Assembly: GCA_964500775.1 (NCBI GenBank)
Contig: CAZCQG010000007.1
Coordinates: forward strand, 2,179 to 66,178
Length of the DNA: 64,000 bases
Reading direction: 5' to 3'
Source: an uncultured Campylobacterales bacterium
GTDB taxonomy: Bacteria > Campylobacterota > Campylobacteria > Campylobacterales > CAZCQG01
Shown: positions 50,430-58,856 of the stretch, piece after piece
How the letters are laid out: each line of letters begins with the position of its first letter
How positions within the stretch are numbered: position 1 is the stretch's first letter
Notes under the pieces: generated by a model
The model's input: only the letters and a program-made list of their open reading frames with translations
Databases searched by the model: none
Told to the model about the DNA's origin: nothing
Position numbers and translations under genes: made by a program

Positions 50430-50537
50430 AAATTTCTCCTTGAATAAACTCATAAAATAAGTAGTGCAATATTAGCACACAATTTCTAAAAAATATTAGC
50501 TCCGAACAATCAATCGGACGAAGCCAACGTGCAACCT

Positions 50538-51281
50538 TTAAGTGTATAAACCGCCGTTCACTTTGAGCGTCTCGCCGGTAATATAACTTGCGCTATCGCT
50601 TAGCAAAAAAGCCACGGCTTCGGCGACCTCTTTTCCTTCGCCAAATCTTTTTAACGGTATCGCATCAATATACGTTTGTTTGATCTCTTCTTTGAGTTTG
50701 TCGGTCATATCCGTGCGTATGAATCCGGGTGTAACCGAATTGTACCTAATGCTTCGCGCAGCCCCTTCTAGAGCAAAAGATTTTGTCATCGCGATCATTC
50801 CGCCTTTACTTGCACTATAGTTTGTTTGTCCCGCATTCCCTTTTTCGCCTACGATTGATGCGATGTTTACGACCGCTCCAAACCGTTTTTTAGACATATT
50901 TTTTAGCGCCTCTCTACATCCGATAAAAGCTCCGGTGAGATTGGCATCCACCACTCCTTTGAAGTCTTCTACACTCATTCGCAAGGCGAGCTTATCGTTG
51001 GTCACTCCTGCGTTGTTTACGAGGTATGAGAGTTCTCCGTCACATTCATTGATGGTTTTAAATGCGTTTACAAAATCTTCTTCGTTCGTGATGTCAAATT
51101 GTATAACGGCAGCCTCGCCGCCTAAATCTTTTATCTCTTTCATTACGTTATCGGCAGATTCGGGATTACTTCTATAGTTTATCCAAACCTTTAATCCGTA
51201 ACCTGCAAGTGTTTTTGCTATTTCGGCACCTATTCCCTTGCCTGCACCGGTAACTAAAACATTTTTACCGCTAAATTTCAT
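50538..51281 (-). CDS. fabG: 3-oxoacyl-ACP reductase
   Basis: VTGAGKGIGAEIA, NNAG, YSASKGG SDR motifs. Confidence 0.93.
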   Translation of the reverse strand: MKFSGKNVLVTGAGKGIGAEIAKTLAGYGLKVWINYRSNPESADNVMKEIKDLGGEAAVIQFDITNEEDFVNAFKTINECDGELSYLVNNAGVTNDKLALRMSVEDFKGVVDANLTGAFIGCREALKNMSKKRFGAVVNIASIVGEKGNAGQTNYSASKGGMIAMTKSFALEGAARSIRYNSVTPGFIRTDMTDKLKEEIKQTYIDAIPLKRFGEGKEVAEAVAFLLSDSASYITGETLKVNGGLYT

Positions 51282-51350
51282 ATGCAATCCTTGGTGTTGG
51301 TTTTAAAAACGAGGTGTATTCGTGTAGTAGTCGCATAGGCGAACCGAGGC

Positions 51351-51563
51351 TTAAAGCCTTGATTCGTATCTCCTAAGCATGTAGAGTCTTTTAAGCATCT
51401 TTTTTCTTGCACTAATCTTTTGTTTTTTTCTTTTTTCCGTCATAGTCTCATAAAATCTTCTTGCTCTACATTCGGTAACAACTAAGTTCCTATCCGCTTG
51501 CTTTTTGAATTTTCTATAAGCCTCGTCAAAAGATTCGTGCTCTTTGACCATAATGCCCGGCAT
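51351..51563 (-). CDS. rpsU: 30S ribosomal protein S21
   Basis: 70 aa, basic; [10 protein letters not shown] and RRFYE segments. Confidence 0.9.
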   Translation of the reverse strand: MPGIMVKEHESFDEAYRKFKKQADRNLVVTECRARRFYETMTEKRKKQKISARKKMLKRLYMLRRYESRL

Positions 51564-51721
51564 TATGTATCACCCACCTTTCAGTTTGTATTTACCCCGT
51601 TTTCGGGAGACGGAATTATAGTAGAAAAGGGATTAAATAGCAAGTTTGGGCTTGTTGCGGCGGGTTTGTTGCAGTATTATGACGAAATAATGAAAAAAGT
51701 GACGAAAAAACAAAAATCATA

Positions 51722-51750
51722 TTGACTTTTATCGTCAAAAGTTGTAGAGT
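51722..51750 (+). promoter_or_regulatory. sigma70-type promoter with an embedded inverted repeat
   Basis: TTGACT, 17-nt spacer, TAGAGT. The spacer contains ACTTTT-N6-AAAAGT. It lies about 33 nt upstream of the ATG at 51783. Confidence 0.4.
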
Positions 51751-51782
51751 TGCAATCGTACTTACACAGAGGAGCAAAAGCA

Positions 51783-52481
51783 ATGGTTTTTACGTTATAC
51801 CGTTCCAATAGCGCTTTTGAATCTTTACTCACCCAAGAAAAAGGGGTTAACGATTATTTGAAAATGATCGGTCTAAAAGGTTGAGGAATTTTTACCGATT
51901 TCTCCCCTATAAGCCGTGAATTGGACGATAGAGTTGATTTTAAAGATTTTCTTCAAGGGAATATTAAAGATTCGGATGTTGTGGTAGTATATGATCTTTG
52001 GTGTCTTAGTCATAAGGCTGGGGAGCTAGTAAAAATCTTTACATGTCTCTTCAAAAAAAAGGTTTCCGTTCATATTGCGAAAGCGGAAATTGAACTTCGA
52101 AACGATTCACCCTCTTTTCTTCTTCTGGGAATCATTAATGATGCTAGGGAGAAAAATCTTCAAATTAAGAGTTCGATAAATTCAGGCAGACCGAAAGGGA
52201 GTATATCGAGATCGAAATTTGACGAATTGCGGGCAAGAATCATCGATCTTTTAAGAGAGGGGACGAATGTGAGTGAAATGTCTCGAATCTTGGAGGTAAA
52301 CCGAAGCTCTTTGAAAGATTATATACATTCCAGAGAGCTAAAAGAGATAGCCTTTAGTGCGACAAACATTAAGGACGTGAAAGAGAGCTCTGTCATACTC
52401 GAGCAGGCTCAAGATAATCTTATGCGAAGTATCGAGTGCCCTTTTGTAAAAAAGCAAAATAAGTCAAAGGAGAGGAAATGA
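51783..52481 (+). pseudogene. degenerate serine-recombinase (resolvase/invertase)-like gene with an in-frame TGA at 51882-51884
   Basis: A 33-codon ORF with a strong GAGGAG Shine-Dalgarno and the 186-codon track ORF (51921-52481) are in the same frame, separated by one TGA. The joined product aligns by eye with gamma-delta resolvase (Y6, S10, IFTD, GRPKG, C-terminal HTH NVSEMSRILEVNRSSL), but the DRLGR arginines are replaced (YDLWCLS). Confidence 0.5.
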
Positions 52482-53899
52482 GCGAGCAAGTCGAAGAAAA
52501 GAAAAAAAGTGAGGTAGTGAAGGAGTATCTGAAAAATTGGACTCCTTACTTTAAACAACGATATGTAGTGTTTTTCATTATTAGTGTAATAAGTTTGGCA
52601 CTCCCTTTTATTACGATAAACGGGAATCATATATTTTTGCTATCGTTTGATCATAAGCAGCTCCACTTAATGGGCGTAGCTTTTGATATGCAAGAGTTGT
52701 ATCTAATGCCGTTTTTGTTGATGTTGTTGTTTTTGGGAATCTTTTTCGTTACTACCCTTGGGGGTAGAGTTTGGTGTGGCTGGGGCTGTCCGCAGACTAT
52801 CTTTAGGGTTATATACCGAGATGTGATTGAGACGAAACTTTTGGGTTTAAGAAAGTCTTTTAAAGACAAGCAAAAAGAGCCTGATATGAGTCTTGGGGTA
52901 AATAAAGTAAAAAAAGTCGTTGCAATATTGCTTTGGGGTGTTTTAGCGCTTGTAGCGGCATCAAACTTTACTTGGTATTTCGTACCGCCGGAGGATTTTT
53001 TCGCATATATGGCAAATCCGAGCGAACACTCCGTTCTTTTTGGCTTGGTTACGATTCTTACACTATTTTTGATTGCGGACGTAGTGTTTATAAAAGAGAA
53101 TTTTTGCGTGTATATTTGCCCTTATAGCAGAGTGCAATCGGTTCTTTACGACAACGATACCGTTATGACCGTGTATGACTACACAAGAGGCGGCACGATA
53201 TATGACAATGACGGCGTGAAGCTCTGGAAGAAGCCACCGGAGGGAGAAGGGGATTGTACCGGTTGTGAAGCGTGCGTAAAAGTATGTCCGACGCACATAG
53301 ATATTAGACGCGGGATGCAGTTGGAGTGTATCAACTGCCTAGAATGTGCAGATGCGTGTACGAAAGTGATGGCGGCGTATGAAAAACCTTCATTGATTGA
53401 TTGGACGAGTTATTATGCGATAGACAACAAAGCCAAAACAAGATACGTGAGATTTAGAACCGTCGGATATGCAGTTGTCCTGACGCTAGTTATGATAGCG
53501 CTAGTGTTTATGAGCGGTAAAAAAGAGTATATGCTTTTAAATATCAACAGAACTACGGAACTTTATAGCGTTAAACCGAATAAAGTCGTTGAAAACAGCT
53601 ATGTGTTCTTGTTTCAAAATACCGATCGAAAAGACCATAAATACTTTTTTGAAGTCATTGATAACGATAAAATCTACATTAAGCGCCCTACCGAACCTAT
53701 CTTTTTAGGTGCAGGCAAAAAAGTGAAACAAGTCGTTATTTTGGCAACCGATGAGGTTTTGGTCGATAGCGACAGAAAAGACACTCCTATTGCGGTAAAA
53801 ATAAAAGCGTACGCACTAGACGAGAAAGAGAAAATCGTTGTAGATCGGGATACGGTATTTATTTACCCTAGAATCGACATATTAAACAAAGGGGAGTAA
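52478..53899 (+). CDS. ccoG: cytochrome c oxidase accessory protein CcoG/FixG (4Fe-4S ferredoxin)
   Basis: CGWGCPQT, CVYICPYSR, CTGCEACVKVCP, CINCLECADAC; ATGA overlap with the upstream gene. Confidence 0.88.
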   Translation: MSEQVEEKKKSEVVKEYLKNWTPYFKQRYVVFFIISVISLALPFITINGNHIFLLSFDHKQLHLMGVAFDMQELYLMPFLLMLLFLGIFFVTTLGGRVWCGWGCPQTIFRVIYRDVIETKLLGLRKSFKDKQKEPDMSLGVNKVKKVVAILLWGVLALVAASNFTWYFVPPEDFFAYMANPSEHSVLFGLVTILTLFLIADVVFIKENFCVYICPYSRVQSVLYDNDTVMTVYDYTRGGTIYDNDGVKLWKKPPEGEGDCTGCEACVKVCPTHIDIRRGMQLECINCLECADACTKVMAAYEKPSLIDWTSYYAIDNKAKTRYVRFRTVGYAVVLTLVMIALVFMSGKKEYMLLNINRTTELYSVKPNKVVENSYVFLFQNTDRKDHKYFFEVIDNDKIYIKRPTEPIFLGAGKKVKQVVILATDEVLVDSDRKDTPIAVKIKAYALDEKEKIVVDRDTVFIYPRIDILNKGE

Positions 53900-53921
53900 A
53901 GCAAGGAAACCCTTCCTTGCT
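53900..53921 (+). terminator. hairpin immediately after ccoG
   Basis: AGCAAGGAA-ACCC-TTCCTTGCT, 9-bp perfect stem starting at the first nt after the stop. Confidence 0.55.
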
Positions 53922-53943
53922 TGCCCTATATACAAGGTGAGAG

Positions 53944-54909
53944 ATGGATAAAGAATTGCAAGAAATAGGTAGATTGAGGTTTTTTCCTATTACGTTATTC
54001 GCCGTGATTATGGGATTTTCTGGGTTGGCTATTTGCTACCAAAAAGCAAGCGAGATATTCGGTATTACGGATATTGTAGGAAATGGGCTTGCTACGATAG
54101 ATTTATTGTTGTTTGCCCTAATATTCGGCACTTATATGCTAAAGTGGATTAAGTACCCTTCTGAAGTAAAAGAAGAGTTTATGCATCCCATTAGGTTAAA
54201 TTTTTTCGCCGCTATATCGATTTCAATGTTGCTGCTAGCAATCGTGTTTCATCCTATTTTTTCTCCTTTAGCGCAAGCGTTGTTTTGGGTCGGTGTCGCA
54301 GTGCATACTTTTTTGACGTTTTACACTATCAGTTTTTGGATCAACCATAACTTCGAGATTACTCACAGTAATCCCGCTTGGTTTATTCCTATTGTCGGAA
54401 ATGTTCTTATCCCTGTTTCGGGGAGCGGTTTTGCCGATCCGGCATTTTTGATGTTTTACTTTTCGCTCGGGATGCTTTTTTGGATTGTTCTATTTACGGT
54501 GATTTTTTATCGTATCATTTTTCACAACCAATTAGCGCAAAAATTTATTCCGACGCTATTTATCCTCATTGCTCCTCCAGCAGTGGGTTTTATCGCATAT
54601 ATAAAAGTAGGCGGGACATTTGATATGTTTGCCCATTTTTTATTGAACATCGCACTCTTTTTTACGTTTCTGCTCTTTTTTATGTTTAAAAACTTCACAA
54701 AACTGAAATTTTTTATCTCTTGGTGGGCTTTCACGTTCCCCTTGGCGGCGATAACTATCGCAAGTATGCTTGCATACCATTTGAGCGGGTTCTTGACCTA
54801 TAAAATCTTTTCGGTATTTTTTCTTGCCGTCACTACCGTCGTAGTATCTATTGTAGCGGTTCGAACGGTAGAGCATATGATCAAAAAAGAGGTTTGTGTA
54901 CAGGAATAA
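53944..54909 (+). CDS. TehA/SLAC1-family (TDT) anion channel/transporter
   Basis: 321 aa, about 10 TM helices; family call from overall pattern (NPAWFIPIVGN segment). Confidence 0.65.
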   Translation: MDKELQEIGRLRFFPITLFAVIMGFSGLAICYQKASEIFGITDIVGNGLATIDLLLFALIFGTYMLKWIKYPSEVKEEFMHPIRLNFFAAISISMLLLAIVFHPIFSPLAQALFWVGVAVHTFLTFYTISFWINHNFEITHSNPAWFIPIVGNVLIPVSGSGFADPAFLMFYFSLGMLFWIVLFTVIFYRIIFHNQLAQKFIPTLFILIAPPAVGFIAYIKVGGTFDMFAHFLLNIALFFTFLLFFMFKNFTKLKFFISWWAFTFPLAAITIASMLAYHLSGFLTYKIFSVFFLAVTTVVVSIVAVRTVEHMIKKEVCVQE

Positions 54910-54933
54910 AAAGTGTTATTCTAGAATCCGATT

Positions 54934-54962
54934 AAAGAATTGGGGTTTTTCCCCGATTCTTT
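54934..54962 (+). terminator. hairpin after the TehA-like gene
   Basis: AAAGAATTGGGG-TTTTT-CCCCGATTCTTT, 12 bp with one G-U pair. Confidence 0.45.
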
Positions 54963-54995
54963 GATAGAATAGCGATATTTTTCTCGAGGATTCTA

Positions 54996-56792
54996 GTGTA
55001 TTTTTCAAAAACAACCATTGAATGCGAAAACGTAACCAAGGCAATTAGCGAATTTGCAAAGCAAAATCAGATTAAAACGCACGAAATTGACTATAAGCTA
55101 CTAGAATACAACACCCTCTACAAAAAGAACACGGGAGATCTTACACGGGATTTCAGCACCCTTAGCGAAGAGGAACAAGAGGAGATTGCGCGCACCGAGG
55201 CGCTTATTTGGCAAACCTACAAGATAGAGCTTTATCCCGCAGAAAGAATCCGACACGACATCATCATACTTTCATTCGTAAGCGATAAATACCAAACCTC
55301 TCTTAGTGCTATCGTGAGTAAAAGCTCCAAGATATATCTTTGTGACGAGCTAGAAGAAGAGCTGTATGAGTTTTTTATCAAAAAAAAGCTTTCCATGTCG
55401 GTGATGATAGGGGTTTTTGATCCGCTGTTTCAGATGAGCATCGATGATTTGGCTCAAGAGGTGCGTGAGCACAAAAAACTTACCAAAGATTTTACGATAA
55501 AAATGGCGCACTTTCCCGCTCCCGTGATGCCTAGGGATGATGCGATAATTTTTCGTTACTTGGATTCTAAAAAGTACACCAGAAAAGGGGATAAGCGACT
55601 TTACTACGTAAATCAAGGAAGCATACTCATCGAATACATCGGACCAAAGGAGGGGAAAAACGGTCGCGATTACAGAGGGGAGGGTGTGCACACTCCTTTA
55701 CCTAAGAAAGAACATCTCATTAAGTATAGACTCGGAAGCGGCGTAGAGGAAGTGCCCACCGAAGACGGTTTTACTTATGTTTCAAAAAATGAAGGATATG
55801 TGACTATCGAAGAGGGGAGAATTGATGTCGATAATGAGCTCTCGTTGCAACAAATATCGCAAAAAGAGACGGGCTCGATAGATTTTGGCGTAGATTCCGA
55901 GATGGAGATCGACGTGAGCTTAAGTGATGCCGCCTTGGAGGCAGTCGATAGCAGTATGGTCGTGAAAAGCAATCGTCTCAACGTAGCGGGAAACGTAGCG
56001 CAAGGAGCGCATATAGAGACTCGTTCGGTAAAAATTGACGGGCAAACGCATAAAGATTCTTTTGTGAAGTCGGATGAAGCACTTATTAATATTCATAGAG
56101 GATATTTTGAGGGCAGTACCGTAAAAATAAATAAGCTTGAAGGAGGGTTCGTCAAAGCCGATTATGTAGAGATAAACGACGGGCTTCGAGGAGAAATCAA
56201 GGGGAAAGAGGTGAAAGTGACCAACCTCTTTCCGGGGGTAAAAATATTTGCTTCATCGAGCATCTACGTGCAAAACTTCAAAAATGAAGGGGCAAGCCTC
56301 GTCATTGATTACGATCTCAACGAGATAGAAGGCGAAAATATCGAATCATTGTTAAAGAATATCGAGAATTATGAAAATGACAAAATAAAACTCGCCGAGA
56401 AAATAAAAAGGCTTGATTTTCTCGTAAATAGAGATTTTGCCTTAGTGAAAGGCGAGATAGAAAAATACAAAAAAATTCACGGTTTTATCCCCGAGGGTTT
56501 AAAAAGAAGACTTGCCGCTACTAAAGAAAAAAATATGGAGCTTAATAGCCTCAATAATTCCTACACCGAGGTATCTTCAAAAAGCGCCGATTCTAAGCGA
56601 AAAATCACCGCATTGAAAGACGGAATAGAGCAGTGCAACGTCGCATCTAACGGAAATTGGGGGAAGCTTACTTTTGTCTCTTTTGTTTCAAAAGCGTTTG
56701 GTTTTACATTGCGAATCAAAGCGAGGCAGGGTGATTTGAAATATGCGCTGGCAAAAGACGGTGCGGGTTATAAGATAATTCGAGCCGAGTAA
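54996..56792 (+). CDS. FapA/DUF342-like protein (flagellar assembly protein A family)
   Basis: 598 aa. The central region has a repetitive beta-helix-like pattern (NVAGNVAQGAHIETRSVKIDG...VKINKLEGGFVKADYVEIND...), followed by a coiled coil. Family call made by eye only. Confidence 0.5.
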   Translation: MYFSKTTIECENVTKAISEFAKQNQIKTHEIDYKLLEYNTLYKKNTGDLTRDFSTLSEEEQEEIARTEALIWQTYKIELYPAERIRHDIIILSFVSDKYQTSLSAIVSKSSKIYLCDELEEELYEFFIKKKLSMSVMIGVFDPLFQMSIDDLAQEVREHKKLTKDFTIKMAHFPAPVMPRDDAIIFRYLDSKKYTRKGDKRLYYVNQGSILIEYIGPKEGKNGRDYRGEGVHTPLPKKEHLIKYRLGSGVEEVPTEDGFTYVSKNEGYVTIEEGRIDVDNELSLQQISQKETGSIDFGVDSEMEIDVSLSDAALEAVDSSMVVKSNRLNVAGNVAQGAHIETRSVKIDGQTHKDSFVKSDEALINIHRGYFEGSTVKINKLEGGFVKADYVEINDGLRGEIKGKEVKVTNLFPGVKIFASSSIYVQNFKNEGASLVIDYDLNEIEGENIESLLKNIENYENDKIKLAEKIKRLDFLVNRDFALVKGEIEKYKKIHGFIPEGLKRRLAATKEKNMELNSLNNSYTEVSSKSADSKRKITALKDGIEQCNVASNGNWGKLTFVSFVSKAFGFTLRIKARQGDLKYALAKDGAGYKIIRAE

Positions 56793-56850
56793 AAATAAAA
56801 ATAAACTTAATAATATTTCTTTTTCTATCAATATAAAATAGATTTATAAA

Positions 56851-56866
56851 GGTACTATTTTTGCTT
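56851..56866 (+). promoter_or_regulatory. sigma54 (RpoN)-like -24/-12 promoter
   Basis: GGTACTATTTTTGCTT: GG and GC separated by 10 nt as in TGGCAC-N5-TTGCW; -12 element reads TTGCTT; 26 nt from the GC to the ATG at 56890. Confidence 0.5.
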
Positions 56867-56889
56867 CTCCTCCGTTTCGGAGGTGTAAA

Positions 56890-57885
56890 ATGAAAATAGC
56901 GTCTCATAGTTTTACGACGTATGCCGAGCATACACTTTTGGAATCTTCAACCACGAGTTTTTCCCTCGGAAAGTTCTCTTTCGGTAATATGATCGAAACG
57001 GAACAGAGTGGATTTGACGACATAAAAACAATCGGTGAGAAACTCAAAATCTCATTAGTTTTTGAGCTTTTACAGGCTCTCGGTAGGGAGGGCGGAGAAG
57101 AGATAAAGAACTATTACGGCGAGCATGAGGATTTGCTACGCAACGCACAAAAATTGAAGAGCGGTGTGCCAACGGAAGCCCCCGTCTCGTTACTGTCGAG
57201 TTTTTTTGAATCGGTGCAGAAGTTTAGCGAAAAAATAGAGACCAAGATACAAGGCAAAGTGTATACGGAAGATGGACGCGAGATTGTCATCAATGCCGAT
57301 TTGCGGCTTTCACAATCTTTTTACGCGAAAATTGAAAAAAGCGCAGCGTTTATAGACCCGCTTGTCATCACGTTTGACGGAAAACTCCCTGAGCTTGACG
57401 GTACGAAATTTTCGTTCGATATAGATTGCGACGGTGAAAAAGACCAAATAAGCAGGCTGGTCAAAGGGAGCGGCTTTTTAGCGCTCGATAGAGACGGCAA
57501 CGGAAAAATCGACGACGGTTCGGAGCTTTTCGGGACAAAAAGCGGCGATGGATTTGAGGAATTACGCACGTTTGATGAAGACGGGAATGAGTGGATAGAT
57601 TCCGGAGATTCGGTATTTGATAGATTGCGAATCTGGTCAAACGACGAGGGTGAGAGTAGACTGATCGCTCTTGGAGAAGCGGGTATCGGCGCGATATATC
57701 TCGGCGGCGTGAATGCGGAGTTTGGATATAGAAGCAGCAACGGAGCCGCACTGGGGCAACTTCGTAAAAGCGGTGTTTTTTTATATGAGGACGGCAGGAT
57801 AGGCAATGTCTCTCAAGTAGATTTTGCAAAAGAGGGCGAATCTAGCGAGGGATTTGGATTAAAGAGTATGTTGGAGCAGATATAA
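56890..57885 (+). CDS. DxDxDG calcium-binding repeat protein, paralog A
   Basis: 331 aa; FDIDCDGEKD, LDRDGNGKIDDGSELFG, FDEDGNEWIDSGD loops; no Sec signal peptide apparent; GGAGG Shine-Dalgarno. Confidence 0.7.
   Translation: MKIASHSFTTYAEHTLLESSTTSFSLGKFSFGNMIETEQSGFDDIKTIGEKLKISLVFELLQALGREGGEEIKNYYGEHEDLLRNAQKLKSGVPTEAPVSLLSSFFESVQKFSEKIETKIQGKVYTEDGREIVINADLRLSQSFYAKIEKSAAFIDPLVITFDGKLPELDGTKFSFDIDCDGEKDQISRLVKGSGFLALDRDGNGKIDDGSELFGTKSGDGFEELRTFDEDGNEWIDSGDSVFDRLRIWSNDEGESRLIALGEAGIGAIYLGGVNAEFGYRSSNGAALGQLRKSGVFLYEDGRIGNVSQVDFAKEGESSEGFGLKSMLEQI
57475..57545 (+). repeat. 71-bp perfect inverted repeat, arm 1 (inside paralog A)
   Basis: Hand alignment: exact reverse complement of 58200-58270. 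Confidence 0.9.
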
Positions 57886-57892
57886 AACGGTA

Positions 57893-57912
57893 CGGCGGGA
57901 GCTACCCCGCCG
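57893..57912. terminator. bidirectional GC hairpin between the convergent paralogs
   Basis: CGGCGGG-AGCTAC-CCCGCCG, 7-bp stem; overlaps the last codons of paralog B. Confidence 0.55.
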
Positions 57913-58789
57913 CCATATCTATGTGGTAGATTCCCCCGCTAAATCTATCATCGGTAAAATCTATCGCCGCACTTTTTTGTAGCATCCCCGCTAAATTTCC
58001 TTTGCCGTCATACAGCGCTTCTTGCGTTTTAAAAGCATTGAGGTAAATCACCCCCACACCCGCTTCGCCTAGCCCGATAAGCGAATCTTCCCCGTTGTCG
58101 TTCTTTTTCCAGATTCGTAATTTATCGTAAATGAAGTCTTCGGTATCTATTTTGCCGTCCTTGTTTGTGTCGTACATTGAGAGGTCTAAAAAGCCATCCC
58201 CGCTTTTTGTCCCGAAAAGCTCCGAACCGTCGTCGATTTTTCCGTTGCCGTCTCTATCGAGCGCTAAAAAACCGCTTCCGCGTTTCAAAAGCGAGATCTG
58301 ATCGCTACGTCCGTCGCTATCGAGGTCGAATGTAAATTTTTGATCGGATAATTCCGCACCTTTTCCATCGAAATTCACCACGAGGGGGTCAATGAGTTTC
58401 GTCTTCTCTAGTTCTTTGTCTTCATAGATTCCTATCTTTCGTAAGAGCGATTCGCTGATATTTATGAGAATCTCGCTATTAAAATTCCCATCGGTCGCGG
58501 TAATCTCTAGGTCGATGACGGTTTGTCTGATATTTTCGACGTATACCGTCTTGCTATCCCCTTTATCGAGAGCTTCGAGCAGAATGTCGGAGGATTCTTT
58601 TTTGATTGCCTTTAGTCTTTGAAGCGTCTTGTCGAGAAGGCTTTTTTCAAAAGTGTCACGTGATTCTTTGAGGCTGTTCGACGTGCTTGTTTGCGGTGCC
58701 TCTACCGCTTGTGTATTCGCTACCGAGGCGTTTTTTGTTACGACCTCTAAACTTATGCTGACTTCCGAAAAACGTGCAGAAATATCCAT
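57902..58789 (-). CDS. DxDxDG calcium-binding repeat protein, paralog B
   Basis: 295 aa; FDLDSDGRSD, LDRDGNGKIDDGSELFG, YDTNKDGKIDTED loops; no Sec signal peptide apparent. Confidence 0.7.
   Translation of the reverse strand: MDISARFSEVSISLEVVTKNASVANTQAVEAPQTSTSNSLKESRDTFEKSLLDKTLQRLKAIKKESSDILLEALDKGDSKTVYVENIRQTVIDLEITATDGNFNSEILINISESLLRKIGIYEDKELEKTKLIDPLVVNFDGKGAELSDQKFTFDLDSDGRSDQISLLKRGSGFLALDRDGNGKIDDGSELFGTKSGDGFLDLSMYDTNKDGKIDTEDFIYDKLRIWKKNDNGEDSLIGLGEAGVGVIYLNAFKTQEALYDGKGNLAGMLQKSAAIDFTDDRFSGGIYHIDMAAG
58200..58270 (-). repeat. 71-bp perfect inverted repeat, arm 2 (inside paralog B)
   Basis: Exact reverse complement of 57475-57545. Confidence 0.9.
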
Positions 58790-58856
58790 AACAAATCCTT
58801 TTGTTGAGGTTCGACATCCTTGTCGTTATCGTGTGATGTAAATTGTGAGTGAGGAT

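Noticed and set aside
51498-51725. 75-aa plus-strand ORF overlapping the rpsU start
   Set aside because: It overlaps rpsU antisense, has no Shine-Dalgarno, and runs through what looks like promoter DNA.
51882-51925. Selenocysteine recoding of the in-frame TGA in the resolvase-like gene
   Set aside because: I could not draw a convincing SECIS-type hairpin in the 40 nt downstream (only a 3-bp GGA/TCC pairing), and the position aligns with a non-conserved residue of resolvases.
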